This document shows, piece after piece, positions 1 to 8,596 of a DNA stretch of 64,000 nucleotides (its first letter is position 1; each line of letters starts with the position of its first letter). The position numbers and the translations under genes are program-made. Origin of the DNA: a candidate division TM6 bacterium GW2011_GWF2_28_16. Its GTDB lineage: Bacteria > Patescibacteriota > Microgenomatia > UBA1400 > PJMF01. Location of the stretch: the NCBI GenBank assembly GCA_001029715.1, contig CP011212.1, positions 530,173 to 594,172 on the forward strand. Reading direction: 5' to 3'. The notes beneath the pieces are model-generated. The model was not told the DNA's origin. It ran no database searches and was given only the letters and a program-made list of their open reading frames with translations.

Positions 1-2
1 TT

Positions 3-389
3 GGCGTCAATCGCCTGTTCTTAATGGTGCTTTGTGATGCTTATCAAAAAGACGAAACTAAAAATCGCCTAGTGCTTAAATTAGATCAGAAATTAGCTCC
101 TTACCAGTTGGCAGTTTTCCCTTTACTTAAGAATAAGGAAGAACTTGTTAAAAAAGCTAGAGAAATTTTTGAACAACTCGGCAAAAAATATCGTGTTTCT
201 TGGGATGAGCGTGGCAATATCGGCAAACGCTATCTTTCTCAGGATGAATTGGGGACACCTTATTGTCTAACTATTGATTTTGAAACTTTAGAAGACGATA
301 GCATTACTGTTCGTCAGCGAGACAATGCCTCACAAGAGAGAATTAAATTAAAGGATCTTGAAAAATATTTAACAGATATGTTAGCCTAA
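3..389 (+). CDS. glyQS: Glycyl-tRNA synthetase (alpha2 type), C-terminal anticodon-binding fragment; 5' end lies outside the window
   Basis: The translation ...GNIGKRYLSQDELGTPYCLTIDFETL...VRQRD... matches the conserved GlyRS C-terminal motif (GNIGKxYRRxDEVGTPFxVTVDxDT). The reading frame is open from the window edge. Confidence 0.75.
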   Translation, partial: GVNRLFLMVLCDAYQKDETKNRLVLKLDQKLAPYQLAVFPLLKNKEELVKKAREIFEQLGKKYRVSWDERGNIGKRYLSQDELGTPYCLTIDFETLEDDSITVRQRDNASQERIKLKDLEKYLTDMLA

Positions 390-394
390 AGCTT

Positions 395-1204
395 ATGCAG
401 AAAAATCTAAAAAAGAAACTTCTCATTATTTTACCAATTGTTTTATTGTTGATCGTTGGAGCCGTGGCCATCATTAATAAAAACAAAAAAACTACTGAAC
501 AACCAGCACAAGTCAGCACCAAAAAGAAAATCTCTAGTCCCGTCAACGTCATTGCTGTTTCAGAGCGACCTTACATGCGCTTAGAACCAAATGCCAATGG
601 TCATTACATTACTATTGTCATTGAAGAAGTCAAAAAAACTGCCAAAGAGCTAAATTATGAAATGGAATATCAAACTGGCTCAATGTTGCAGGGTTTTGGT
701 GGCTTAATCAGTTTGGGTAAATTACCAATTTCTGAAAAAAAACTTTTTGGATCTCAATCAGCTGGGGGAGCTATTACTTATCATGAAGATATTAAGGGTG
801 GCAACTTCTTGGCTGAATTTAGTGGCAGCGAAAGTTATGCCGTCAAATCAGCTTGGCGTTATTTCCAAAATAATCTCAAAGCAACTGAATTTACTTCTCA
901 AGATACTAAATTCACCATCAGTAATGCTAGCCTAGCTAACTACTCTTACGTGATTATCTACAATTCACCCGGCTATCCTGGAGAATTAAAGTCTGAACTA
1001 TTATCAGATCCTTATGTGGTCACTGCCGAAAAATCTCTAAAGACTATTAGCAGTAATTTTACTGTTAGCTTCCGCTCTAGCGAAGCTGGACAAATTATGG
1101 GCTATGACGGTTCCAAGTGGCAAAAAATGGACAGTACTCATGAAGATGGCATAGTTAAAGCCAGCGGAGCATTGATGGACGTTTACGTCTTAACCAAAAG
1201 CTAA
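395..1204 (+). CDS. Hypothetical secreted or membrane-anchored protein (N-terminal TM/signal, 269 aa)
   Basis: ATG at 395. The N-terminus is hydrophobic (LLIILPIVLLLIVGAVAII). No motif I recognise. Confidence 0.45.
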   Translation: MQKNLKKKLLIILPIVLLLIVGAVAIINKNKKTTEQPAQVSTKKKISSPVNVIAVSERPYMRLEPNANGHYITIVIEEVKKTAKELNYEMEYQTGSMLQGFGGLISLGKLPISEKKLFGSQSAGGAITYHEDIKGGNFLAEFSGSESYAVKSAWRYFQNNLKATEFTSQDTKFTISNASLANYSYVIIYNSPGYPGELKSELLSDPYVVTAEKSLKTISSNFTVSFRSSEAGQIMGYDGSKWQKMDSTHEDGIVKASGALMDVYVLTKS

Positions 1205-1254
1205 ACTTAGCAGTCAATCATTGACTCTGCTAATTTCACTCCTGATTTTTTTAG

Positions 1255-1300
1255 ATTGATATATCAAGATCTATTTTGATCTATTTTGATATTGTCAAGA
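1255..1300 (+). promoter_or_regulatory. 12-bp palindrome TTGATATATCAA followed by tandem 10-bp direct repeats (GATCTATTTT x2, then GATATTG); candidate operator upstream of mraZ
   Basis: Seen directly at about 1255-1300. The 10-bp periodicity is typical of MraZ-box arrays, but the match to a known MraZ consensus is not established. Confidence 0.3.
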
Positions 1301-1462
1301 AGATGAGAAAAGATTATTTGTTTTCCCTTACTTATTTAAAACTATAGGCTTTTATTTTTTCTATTTAGAACTAAAACCAAACTGCCTGTTTACAAGAGCT
1401 TTTTTCTTTTATAAACTTGATTGTGGTAATAAATGGTAGATAGGCTTAATAAGATTAACAAA

Positions 1463-1888
1463 ATGCTAATTGGAAAATATTATCATCATTTGGAAGACAA
1501 AGGACGTTTATCTTTGCCAGCCAAATTTCGAGAAATTAGCAAAGACTGGATTGTGACTAGAGGTTTGGATGGCTGCCTATTTTTATTACAAGAGAGCAAC
1601 TTTAAAAAAGAACTAGAAAAAATTGCTCAAAGCTCTTTTACAAGAAAAGCTAACCGCGATTTGGTCAGATTAATGACCAATGAGGCTATGGAAGTTAGGA
1701 CTGACGAAAACGGTCGAGTAAATCTGCCCGATTACTTGATTAATTTTGCGCACTTAGAAAAAAATGTAGTTGTTGTCGGCAGTCTCAATCATTTAGAGAT
1801 TTGGGATCAAAACAAATATCACGCCTATATTGATCAGATTGAAGATCAGGCCGAAACAATTGCTGAATCGATTAAAGAAAATGATTAA
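1463..1888 (+). CDS. mraZ: Transcriptional regulator MraZ
   Basis: MLIGKYYHHLEDKGRLSLPAKFRE matches the MraZ N-terminus (tandem DUF/SpoVT-AbrB repeats). The ATG at 1463 is preferred over the upstream ATG at 1433. The stop overlaps the rsmH start (ATGATTAA). Confidence 0.85.
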   Translation: MLIGKYYHHLEDKGRLSLPAKFREISKDWIVTRGLDGCLFLLQESNFKKELEKIAQSSFTRKANRDLVRLMTNEAMEVRTDENGRVNLPDYLINFAHLEKNVVVVGSLNHLEIWDQNKYHAYIDQIEDQAETIAESIKEND

Positions 1889-2801
1889 AAACAGTCAAGA
1901 ACACCAAGCCGTCTTAGTGAAAGAAGTGATTGAAGCTCTCAATCCACAAAAAGATCACTATTACATTGATGCCACTTTTGGCAGAGGTGGACATAGCAGA
2001 GAAATTTTGAAGAGAGGCGCCAAAGTCATTGCTTTTGATTTCGATCAGCAAAGTATCGAAAGAGCTAAAGAGCTTTTTAGTAAAGAGATTGACAGTCAAC
2101 AACTTATTTTGCTTAGAGAAAACTTTAACAAAATGAAGTCCAGCCTGTCGAACCTTAAAAAAAGTTTAAACCTAGAAATCAGTGGCATTCTTTTTGATTT
2201 TGGCACTTCTACCGATCAACTCATGTCTAAGGATAGAGGCTTCAGCTTTGAAGCCCATGATGAAATTCTCGACATGCGCATGGATGATCGCTTAGGAGTT
2301 AAAGCCTGCGATCTGCTTAAATTGCTCGATGAAAAGCAATTAGGCAAAATGCTTTTTGAATATGGTGGGGAAAATGATGCTAGAGCAATTGCTAAGAAAG
2401 TCGTCGCTCTGCGCAAAAAAGATCCCAATAGTCTCGACAAAGTTGGCACTTTAGTCGACATCATTGAAGAAGTCAAAGGCCGAGGTCAAAGACAAAAACT
2501 TCACGTCGCCACTAAAACCTTTCAGGCCCTACGCATTATCGTCAACGATGAATTGACTAATATCGAAGAAGCCTTGCCAATGGCTTTGGAGATTTTAAGA
2601 GAGAGTAAAGCAATTGATAAAAAAATTGTCAGCATCGCTTTCCATGAAGGAGAAGATCGTTTGGTTAAAACTTTTTTTAAAGATATTGAGGCAAAAAACC
2701 TCGGCAAAATTATTAACAAGAAACCTATTCAAGCTTCCGAGCAAGAGATTCTAGAAAATCCTCGCTCCAGAAGTGCCAAGCTTAGAGTCTTGGCTGTTTA
2801 A
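1881..2801 (+). CDS. rsmH: 16S rRNA (cytosine1402-N4)-methyltransferase RsmH (MraW)
   Basis: HQAVLVKEVIEAL...YIDATFGRGGHSREIL is the RsmH signature. It follows mraZ as in the canonical dcw cluster. Confidence 0.9.
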   Translation: MIKNSQEHQAVLVKEVIEALNPQKDHYYIDATFGRGGHSREILKRGAKVIAFDFDQQSIERAKELFSKEIDSQQLILLRENFNKMKSSLSNLKKSLNLEISGILFDFGTSTDQLMSKDRGFSFEAHDEILDMRMDDRLGVKACDLLKLLDEKQLGKMLFEYGGENDARAIAKKVVALRKKDPNSLDKVGTLVDIIEEVKGRGQRQKLHVATKTFQALRIIVNDELTNIEEALPMALEILRESKAIDKKIVSIAFHEGEDRLVKTFFKDIEAKNLGKIINKKPIQASEQEILENPRSRSAKLRVLAV

Positions 2802-2807
2802 GAAAAA

Positions 2808-3092
2808 ATGAAAAAAAACCTAACAACTTACTACGGATTACTAATCGCTGCAGTTTTGGCACAAACCATCATTACTGTTTTTAGTCTGAGTCAAAATATT
2901 GGCTATGGCCAAAAAATTAGCTTTTTGGAAAATAAAAGCAACACTCTCCAAATTCAGACTAACCAGCTTAGAACTGAATTAGCCCAAAAAAGTGCCATCA
3001 GAGAACTAGAGCAAAGAGAAAGTAACGATTTTATCGCTATCTCAGAAATTAGTTTAATTAATAGAGATTCTTCAAGCCTAGCACTTAAATAA
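2808..3092 (+). CDS. ftsL: Cell division protein FtsL-like (single TM plus coiled coil)
   Basis: 94 aa with an N-terminal TM (LLIAAVLAQTIITVFSL) and a coiled-coil region. It sits between rsmH and ftsI. Confidence 0.55.
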   Translation: MKKNLTTYYGLLIAAVLAQTIITVFSLSQNIGYGQKISFLENKSNTLQIQTNQLRTELAQKSAIRELEQRESNDFIAISEISLINRDSSSLALK

Positions 3093-3113
3093 GAGTGTTC
3101 TGGACAAACATTA

Positions 3114-4940
3114 ATGCGAGAACAAGAACCAGAAATCAATCACTCTCGAAAAAATATCTTTTTTCTGTTTTTCTATTTAATTTTAGCTGTAGTAGCAATC
3201 AGATTATTTTACTGGCAAATTATCATGGGCAAACAACTCAAAGAGGAGGGTGAGTCTCAAACTTTACGTAAATTAGAGAATAAAGGCTTAAGAGGACAAA
3301 TCTTTACCAACGATGATTATCTTCTTGTAGGAAATCAGCGCGTCTATGATCTTAAATTAGATAAGAAAAATTTTGAAGGTGACTCAAGTTATTTGGCTCA
3401 CAAATTGGCAGAGATTGCTGTTGAAGATAATTGGCAATATCAAGATGCTCTTGAATCTCAACAAAAAGAAAACTTGGCAAATGCAACTAGTGCTGCCCAA
3501 TTAAGCAACGTTGACATTAAAGCTATTAAAACAGAGCTTGAAAAGGAAATTGAGACAGAAATTTTAGGGAAGTTTGAGAGCAGAGGCAACTGGCCAAAAT
3601 TAGCAGATAATCTAAGTAAAGAAAGCAGGGAAAAAATTGAAACCCTCAATAATCCTTATTTATTCTTTGATGAAGATTATCAACGCTTCTATCCAGAAGC
3701 CTCTATGGCTGCCCACTTAACTGGTTTTGTAGGTCGCGATGAAAATGCTAATGAGATTGGTCGTTATGGGATTGAAGGAGCTCTTGAAGATGAGTTGAAG
3801 GCAAGATCTGAAAAAAATCTCTTTAAAATGGATGCACTTGGTTTTCTTCTTGCTGGACAAAAATATGAAAGCGAAAATCTCGATGGTCGTGATATTACTC
3901 TGACTATTCGCCGTGACGTCCAAAATTTAGCCGAACAAAGTCTTGAATGGGGAATTGAACACTATGAGGCAGACAGAGGTGAAGTTATTATTCTTGATAG
4001 TAAAACTGGCAAAATTCTAGCCCTAGCAGCTTGGCCCAGCTATAAACAATGGCAATATTTTAAATATTCTGGTGAAGTTCTCAAAAATCCTAGTTTAACT
4101 CGCCTTTATGAACCAGGCTCAACTTTTAAAACTTTAACTATCTCAGCTGGTATTGACAGCGGAGTCATTACTAAAGACACTACTTGCACAAAATGCTCTG
4201 GTCCACGACAAATAGCTGGCTATTCCATTAGAACTTGGAATGATGTTTATAATCCCAACATTTCAATGGTTGATGGCTACGCTAAGTCTGACAACACAGC
4301 GATGATTTTTATTAGTGACTTATTAGGAACCGATCGTCTGGTTGATTACCTTAAAAAATTTGGAATTGGCCGCAACATTGATATTGATCTACAAGATGAC
4401 ACACGAACTCCTTTTCCTCAAAAAATTGGCCCAGTGGAAACTGCCACAATTTCCTTTGGACAAGGAATTAGCACAAACAGTTTAGAATTACTTCGTGCTG
4501 TCAACACCGTCGCTAATCAAGGAAAAATGCTCGAACCAATTATTGTGGAAAAAGTTTTTGACAAGCAAAATCAAAAAGAAATTGCTTCGCAAATCAAAGA
4601 AGGTGAACAAGTTATTTCTAAAGAGTCTGCCAAAACTGTGACAGAGATGATGATCGAAGCTGCTCTCCATGGCGAGGCTCAATGGATTGCTTCTGATAAA
4701 TACACCGTTGCCGCTAAAACAGGTACCTCACAAGTTCCAGATCCAAATGGTGGTTATAAAGAAGACGAAACTATTGCTAGTTTTATTGGTTTTGCTCCTG
4801 CCAGCAATCCTCGTTTTACTATGTTGGTAAAACTAGAAAATACTAAATCCAGTCCTTGGGCAGCTGAAACAGCCGCACCACTTTGGTACAAAGTCGCTGA
4901 TAAGTTGATGATTCTACTGAACATTACCCCAGATAAATAA
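3114..4940 (+). CDS. ftsI: Penicillin-binding protein 2/FtsI (peptidoglycan D,D-transpeptidase)
   Basis: N-terminal TM. The transpeptidase motifs are present: STFK (SxxK), SDN (SxN) and KTGT. Confidence 0.85.
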   Translation: MREQEPEINHSRKNIFFLFFYLILAVVAIRLFYWQIIMGKQLKEEGESQTLRKLENKGLRGQIFTNDDYLLVGNQRVYDLKLDKKNFEGDSSYLAHKLAEIAVEDNWQYQDALESQQKENLANATSAAQLSNVDIKAIKTELEKEIETEILGKFESRGNWPKLADNLSKESREKIETLNNPYLFFDEDYQRFYPEASMAAHLTGFVGRDENANEIGRYGIEGALEDELKARSEKNLFKMDALGFLLAGQKYESENLDGRDITLTIRRDVQNLAEQSLEWGIEHYEADRGEVIILDSKTGKILALAAWPSYKQWQYFKYSGEVLKNPSLTRLYEPGSTFKTLTISAGIDSGVITKDTTCTKCSGPRQIAGYSIRTWNDVYNPNISMVDGYAKSDNTAMIFISDLLGTDRLVDYLKKFGIGRNIDIDLQDDTRTPFPQKIGPVETATISFGQGISTNSLELLRAVNTVANQGKMLEPIIVEKVFDKQNQKEIASQIKEGEQVISKESAKTVTEMMIEAALHGEAQWIASDKYTVAAKTGTSQVPDPNGGYKEDETIASFIGFAPASNPRFTMLVKLENTKSSPWAAETAAPLWYKVADKLMILLNITPDK

Positions 4941-4944
4941 TCTT

Positions 4945-5769
4945 TTATTTTTCGGCAATTTTCATTAATCTTTGCAAGTCTTCTTGAGTTTTATCTGGAG
5001 GTCCATTGAGAGTAATGGTTACTTTGGTTTGTTTACGGGAGCGAATCACCTTGAGCGTAGATTTGTTTTTGAAATATTCCTGCAACTTGTTTTCCCAAAC
5101 CGCCACCTGTTGTTCATCTTGATTAAGTGGACGACCGCGACCCTCATCTTTTTTACTAGTAGTCAGCTCATTATTTTTGAAACGTCTAACCAACTCCTCT
5201 GTACGACGCACAGAAGCAGTTTCTTTAAGCACTATCTTGTAGCAAGCAATCATCATTTCTTGTGAAGAAATACTAGCCAAAGCTCGAGCATGACCTTCAC
5301 TAATTTGCCCACTAAGTAAGCCGTCACTAACTGCATCTGGCAGACTCAATAGCTTAAGACTGTTGCTAATATAGGCTGGAGATTTACCAATTCTTTTAGC
5401 TACTTCGCTAGTTTGCAAATTAAATTCTCTTTGCAAACGTTGAAAAGATTGAGCTCGCTCAATTGGATTGAGATCGTAGCGCTGGACATTTTCAACGATA
5501 GCCATCTCTAACATACCCTGAGGACTCGTTTTTTTGATAAAAACCGGCACTTCTTCTAACCCAAGAGTCTTAGCTGCTCGCCAACGTCGCTCTCCTGCAA
5601 TAATCTGATAACCAGCTGGAGTTTCTGCAACAACTAGTGGCTCCAAAACACCATGAATACGAATTGATTCTACCAACTCTTCAATATCTTCTTTCTTAAC
5701 TTTGTCTCGAGGTTGAAACGGATTTGGCTGTAAATAATTGACGGCGAGTTTTTGTACATTTTGTGTCAT
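4945..5769 (-). CDS. parB: Chromosome partitioning protein ParB/Spo0J
   Basis: ParB N-terminal box (LQPNPFQPRD...GVLEPLVVAE...YQIIAGERRWRAAK) and an HTH region. Convergent with ftsI. Confidence 0.85.
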   Translation of the reverse strand: MTQNVQKLAVNYLQPNPFQPRDKVKKEDIEELVESIRIHGVLEPLVVAETPAGYQIIAGERRWRAAKTLGLEEVPVFIKKTSPQGMLEMAIVENVQRYDLNPIERAQSFQRLQREFNLQTSEVAKRIGKSPAYISNSLKLLSLPDAVSDGLLSGQISEGHARALASISSQEMMIACYKIVLKETASVRRTEELVRRFKNNELTTSKKDEGRGRPLNQDEQQVAVWENKLQEYFKNKSTLKVIRSRKQTKVTITLNGPPDKTQEDLQRLMKIAEK

Positions 5770-5850
5770 GCTTTATATATAACACAATAGATCAAAATTT
5801 TCACAAGGAAATTTTCACAGACATTATTTATTATTAATTTTTATAGAAAT

Positions 5851-5879
5851 TTGACACGAACAATTTTCTTTGCTAATAT
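5851..5879 (+). promoter_or_regulatory. Sigma70-type promoter of the trp leader: TTGACA, 17-nt spacer, TGcTAATAT (extended -10)
   Basis: TTGACA at 5851-5856, a 17-nt spacer, and TAATAT at 5874-5879 with TG at 5871-5872. Confidence 0.5.
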
Positions 5880-5887
5880 GCTCGTCA

Positions 5888-5947
5888 ATGCGATTAACTT
5901 TAATGCAAATTAGCTTCAACTGGTGGACTACCTCTCTTTGGCGGTAG
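5888..5947 (+). CDS. trpL: Trp leader peptide (trpL-like), 19 aa MRLTLMQISFNWWTTSLWR; the alternative start at 5903 gives 14 aa
   Basis: Short ORF with tandem UGG-UGG at 5921-5926 and a third UGG at 5939-5941. It ends in a UAG stop inside segment 2 of an attenuator, immediately upstream of trpB. Confidence 0.6.
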   Translation: MRLTLMQISFNWWTTSLWR

Positions 5948-5998
5948 TTCTTTCTATATTTAAATTGATTAAGACACCGCCAAACAGGCGGTTTTTTT
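5925..5998 (+). promoter_or_regulatory. Transcription attenuator (mutually exclusive 1:2, 2:3 antiterminator, and 3:4 terminator helices)
   Basis: Seg1 GGACUACC (5925-5932) pairs with seg2 GGUAGUUC (5943-5950), 8 bp. Seg2 uuuGGCGGu (5937-5945) pairs with seg3 aCCGCCaaa (5976-5984), a 9-bp antiterminator. The terminator stem is ACCGCC (5976-5981) / GGCGGU (5987-5992) followed by U7 (5992-5998). Confidence 0.6.
5976..5998 (+). terminator. Intrinsic terminator of the trp attenuator
   Basis: A 6-bp GC-rich stem with a 5-nt loop, followed by TTTTTTT. Confidence 0.6.
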
Positions 5999-6097
5999 AT
6001 GACCGAGCTTTGCGAGGGAATGTCCGAAGTGTAGACGGAGGACGAACTCCTCCACAAAAAATAAATTATCAAGTATTAAGAAAAATTAAAAAATTAT

Positions 6098-7321
6098 ATG
6101 AAAAAAATAAAATTACAAAAAAAACATTATCAAAATTTACCAAATAAAGCAGGTTTCTTTGGTGAATACGGTGGACAATTTGTGCCACCACAATTAAAAA
6201 AAGCACTGGAAGAAGTGACGGCTGCTTACGAAATAGCAAAAAGAGATCCTGATTTTCAAAAAGAATATCAGACTCTTTTGACAGACTACGTCGGTCGTCC
6301 ATCGCCACTTTTCTTTGCCAAAAATCTAACTGAAAAGTTAGGTGGAGCTAAGATTTATCTAAAGAGAGAAGATCTTAATCACACTGGTGCACACAAAATT
6401 AATCACTGTTTAGGCGAAGCACTTTTGGCTAAAAAAATGGGCAAGAAAAAACTCATTGCTGAAACTGGCGCTGGTCAGCACGGCGTAGCTTTGGCTACTG
6501 CCGCTACGCTCATGGGGTTAGAATGCGAGATTCACATGGGTGAAATTGATGTCGTTAAACAATATCCAAATGTTTTACGCATGCAATTACTTGGTGCCAA
6601 AGTGATTACAGTAAAAAGTGGCGGCAGATGTCTTAAAGACGCGGTCGACAGTGCTTTTGCTGCCTATCTGAATGATTATAAAAACACTTTCTTTGGGATT
6701 GGTTCAATAGTTGGTCCGCATCCATATCCAATGATGGTCAGAGATTTTCAATCAGTGGTAGGAAAGGAAGCTCATAAACAAATTTTGCTTAAAGAAAATA
6801 AACTACCAGATTATTTGGTGGCCTGTGTTGGCGGTGGTTCTAATGCCATGGGTTTATTCCACGCTTTTTTAAATGATAAACAAGTACAAATGATTGGTGT
6901 TGAACCAGCTGGCAAAAGCTTTAAGCCAGGTGATCATGCTGCAACTTTAACATTGGGCAAACCAGGCACTTTGCACGGCATGTTCACTTATTTACTACAA
7001 GATAAAAAAGGAAAACCATCGAGGGTTCATTCCATTGCTTCTGGCCTAGATTATCCTGGAGTTGGACCACAGCACGCTTATTTAAAAGATCAAACCAGAG
7101 CAAAATATGTTACTATTAATGATAAAGAAGCCTTGGAAGCCTTTTTGTTTTTAAGTAAAATCGAAGGCATTATTCCGGCTTTAGAAAGTGCTCATGCCAT
7201 TGCTTATGCCATGAAATTAGCACCGACTTTGGCTAAAAATAAGGTCATCCTTGTCAATCTCTCTGGCCGCGGAGATAAAGACCTCGATTACGTTGGCAAG
7301 TTATTAAAAATTAATGAATAA
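6098..7321 (+). CDS. trpB: Tryptophan synthase beta chain (standalone; no trpA in window)
   Basis: [12 protein letters not shown] and the PLP-lysine motif [19 protein letters not shown] is also present. Confidence 0.9.
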   Translation: MKKIKLQKKHYQNLPNKAGFFGEYGGQFVPPQLKKALEEVTAAYEIAKRDPDFQKEYQTLLTDYVGRPSPLFFAKNLTEKLGGAKIYLKREDLNHTGAHKINHCLGEALLAKKMGKKKLIAETGAGQHGVALATAATLMGLECEIHMGEIDVVKQYPNVLRMQLLGAKVITVKSGGRCLKDAVDSAFAAYLNDYKNTFFGIGSIVGPHPYPMMVRDFQSVVGKEAHKQILLKENKLPDYLVACVGGGSNAMGLFHAFLNDKQVQMIGVEPAGKSFKPGDHAATLTLGKPGTLHGMFTYLLQDKKGKPSRVHSIASGLDYPGVGPQHAYLKDQTRAKYVTINDKEALEAFLFLSKIEGIIPALESAHAIAYAMKLAPTLAKNKVILVNLSGRGDKDLDYVGKLLKINE

Positions 7322-7342
7322 TAAAAATAAATAGGAAAAATT

Positions 7343-8311
7343 ATGAAAAAAAACATTTTAACTGGTGATCGTCCCACTGGCCAACTACACATTGGTCATT
7401 ATTGCGGTGCTCTTAAAAATCGTGTTGCTTTGCAAGACGAATACAACACCTACGTGATGATTGCTGATGTCCAAGCTTTGACTGACAATTTTAATGACCC
7501 AGAAAAAGTTAGAAAAAATGTCTTTGAAGTCGCAAAGGATAATCTGGCTGTTGGTATTGATCCTCAAAAAACCACCATTTTTATTCAATCAATGGTTCCA
7601 GAAATTGCGGAGCTGACAATTTTTTTCTCTAATTTGGTTACCATTAATCGACTTAAAAGAAACCCTACTGTTAAAGATGAAATTAAACAAAAACATGCCT
7701 TATTTAAGGATGATGTTACTTTCGGTTTCTTAGGTTATCCAGTCAGCCAAGCAGCAGATATTACTGCTTTTCAAGCTGATCTGGTTCCAGTGGGCGAGGA
7801 TCAATTGCCTATGATTGAGCAAACCAGAGAGATTGTTCGTAAATTTAACAGTATCTATGGAGAAACGCTTAAGGAACCACGAGCTAAAGTCGGAGATGTT
7901 CCAAGAGTCTTGGGTATGGATGGTCGTAAAATGAGTAAAAGTCTAGACAATTCGATCACTTTTACTGATTCGGATGAGGAAATTAGAAATAAAATCAAAG
8001 GAGCCTTAACCAATGAAGTCGGAGCCAAGAATCTACTTAGTCTTCTGGAACAATTCTCAGATGAGCAAAAGATGGTCGAGAAATTTAATCAAGAATTTAA
8101 AGAGGGAACTATTAAGTACTCAGAGCTAAAACCTTTCTTGGCGCAAGCAATTATAGAAAAACTCAAGCCAATTCAAGAAAAAAGAGCTTACTATGACCAA
8201 AATCCAAAGATAGTTGAGGAAATACTTATTGAAGGCACAAAAAAAGCAAGAATGATTGCTAAAGAAACCTTAGCTAAAGTCAAAGAGAAAATGTTTATTA
8301 ATTATTTTTAG
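7343..8311 (+). CDS. trpS: Tryptophanyl-tRNA synthetase
   Basis: Class I HIGH motif (TGQLHIGHY) and KMSKS. Typical TrpRS size (322 aa). Confidence 0.9.
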   Translation: MKKNILTGDRPTGQLHIGHYCGALKNRVALQDEYNTYVMIADVQALTDNFNDPEKVRKNVFEVAKDNLAVGIDPQKTTIFIQSMVPEIAELTIFFSNLVTINRLKRNPTVKDEIKQKHALFKDDVTFGFLGYPVSQAADITAFQADLVPVGEDQLPMIEQTREIVRKFNSIYGETLKEPRAKVGDVPRVLGMDGRKMSKSLDNSITFTDSDEEIRNKIKGALTNEVGAKNLLSLLEQFSDEQKMVEKFNQEFKEGTIKYSELKPFLAQAIIEKLKPIQEKRAYYDQNPKIVEEILIEGTKKARMIAKETLAKVKEKMFINYF

Positions 8312-8318
8312 AAAATAA

Positions 8319-8576
8319 TTAAGCTTTAACTACATTGACAACAGTTTTGCCAAATTTTTTGCTGAATTTGACTACGCCGTCGATCATGGAAAAAACTGTC
8401 CAATCGTGACCAAATTTGACACCCTTGCCAACTTTGTATTTAGCGCCTTTTTGGCGAACAATAATCTGACCAATAGTAATTTTTTCACCAGCAAATTTCT
8501 TTACGCCAAAACGTTTACCGTGACGTGCGCCTTGCTTGTGTTGATTAACGCTACCTGAACCTTTAACGTGTGCCAT
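8319..8576 (-). CDS. rpmA: 50S ribosomal protein L27 (no N-terminal propeptide)
   Basis: MAHVKGSGSVNQHKQGARHGKRFGVKKFAGE... The ATG at 8576 is preferred to the upstream extension because L27 begins MAHKKG. Confidence 0.9.
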   Translation of the reverse strand: MAHVKGSGSVNQHKQGARHGKRFGVKKFAGEKITIGQIIVRQKGAKYKVGKGVKFGHDWTVFSMIDGVVKFSKKFGKTVVNVVKA

Positions 8577-8596
8577 ATATCCTTTTTCTGTAAATA

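Noticed and set aside
747-4682. Nested or antisense ORF-track entries (747-935, 1914-2102, 2216-2476, 2522-2719, 2954-3139, 3458-3649, 3717-3923, 4488-4682, 4972-5265 and many similar ones further on)
   Set aside because: They lie entirely inside well-supported genes on the other strand or frame and have no motifs. They are spurious.
5881-6000. T-box riboswitch upstream of trpB (because of GGUGGAC, which resembles the T-box core)
   Set aside because: The leader is only about 110 nt from the predicted TSS to the terminator, which is too short for a T-box. The sequence instead encodes a leader peptide with tandem Trp codons and has the 1:2 / 2:3 / 3:4 helix geometry of a ribosome-mediated attenuator.
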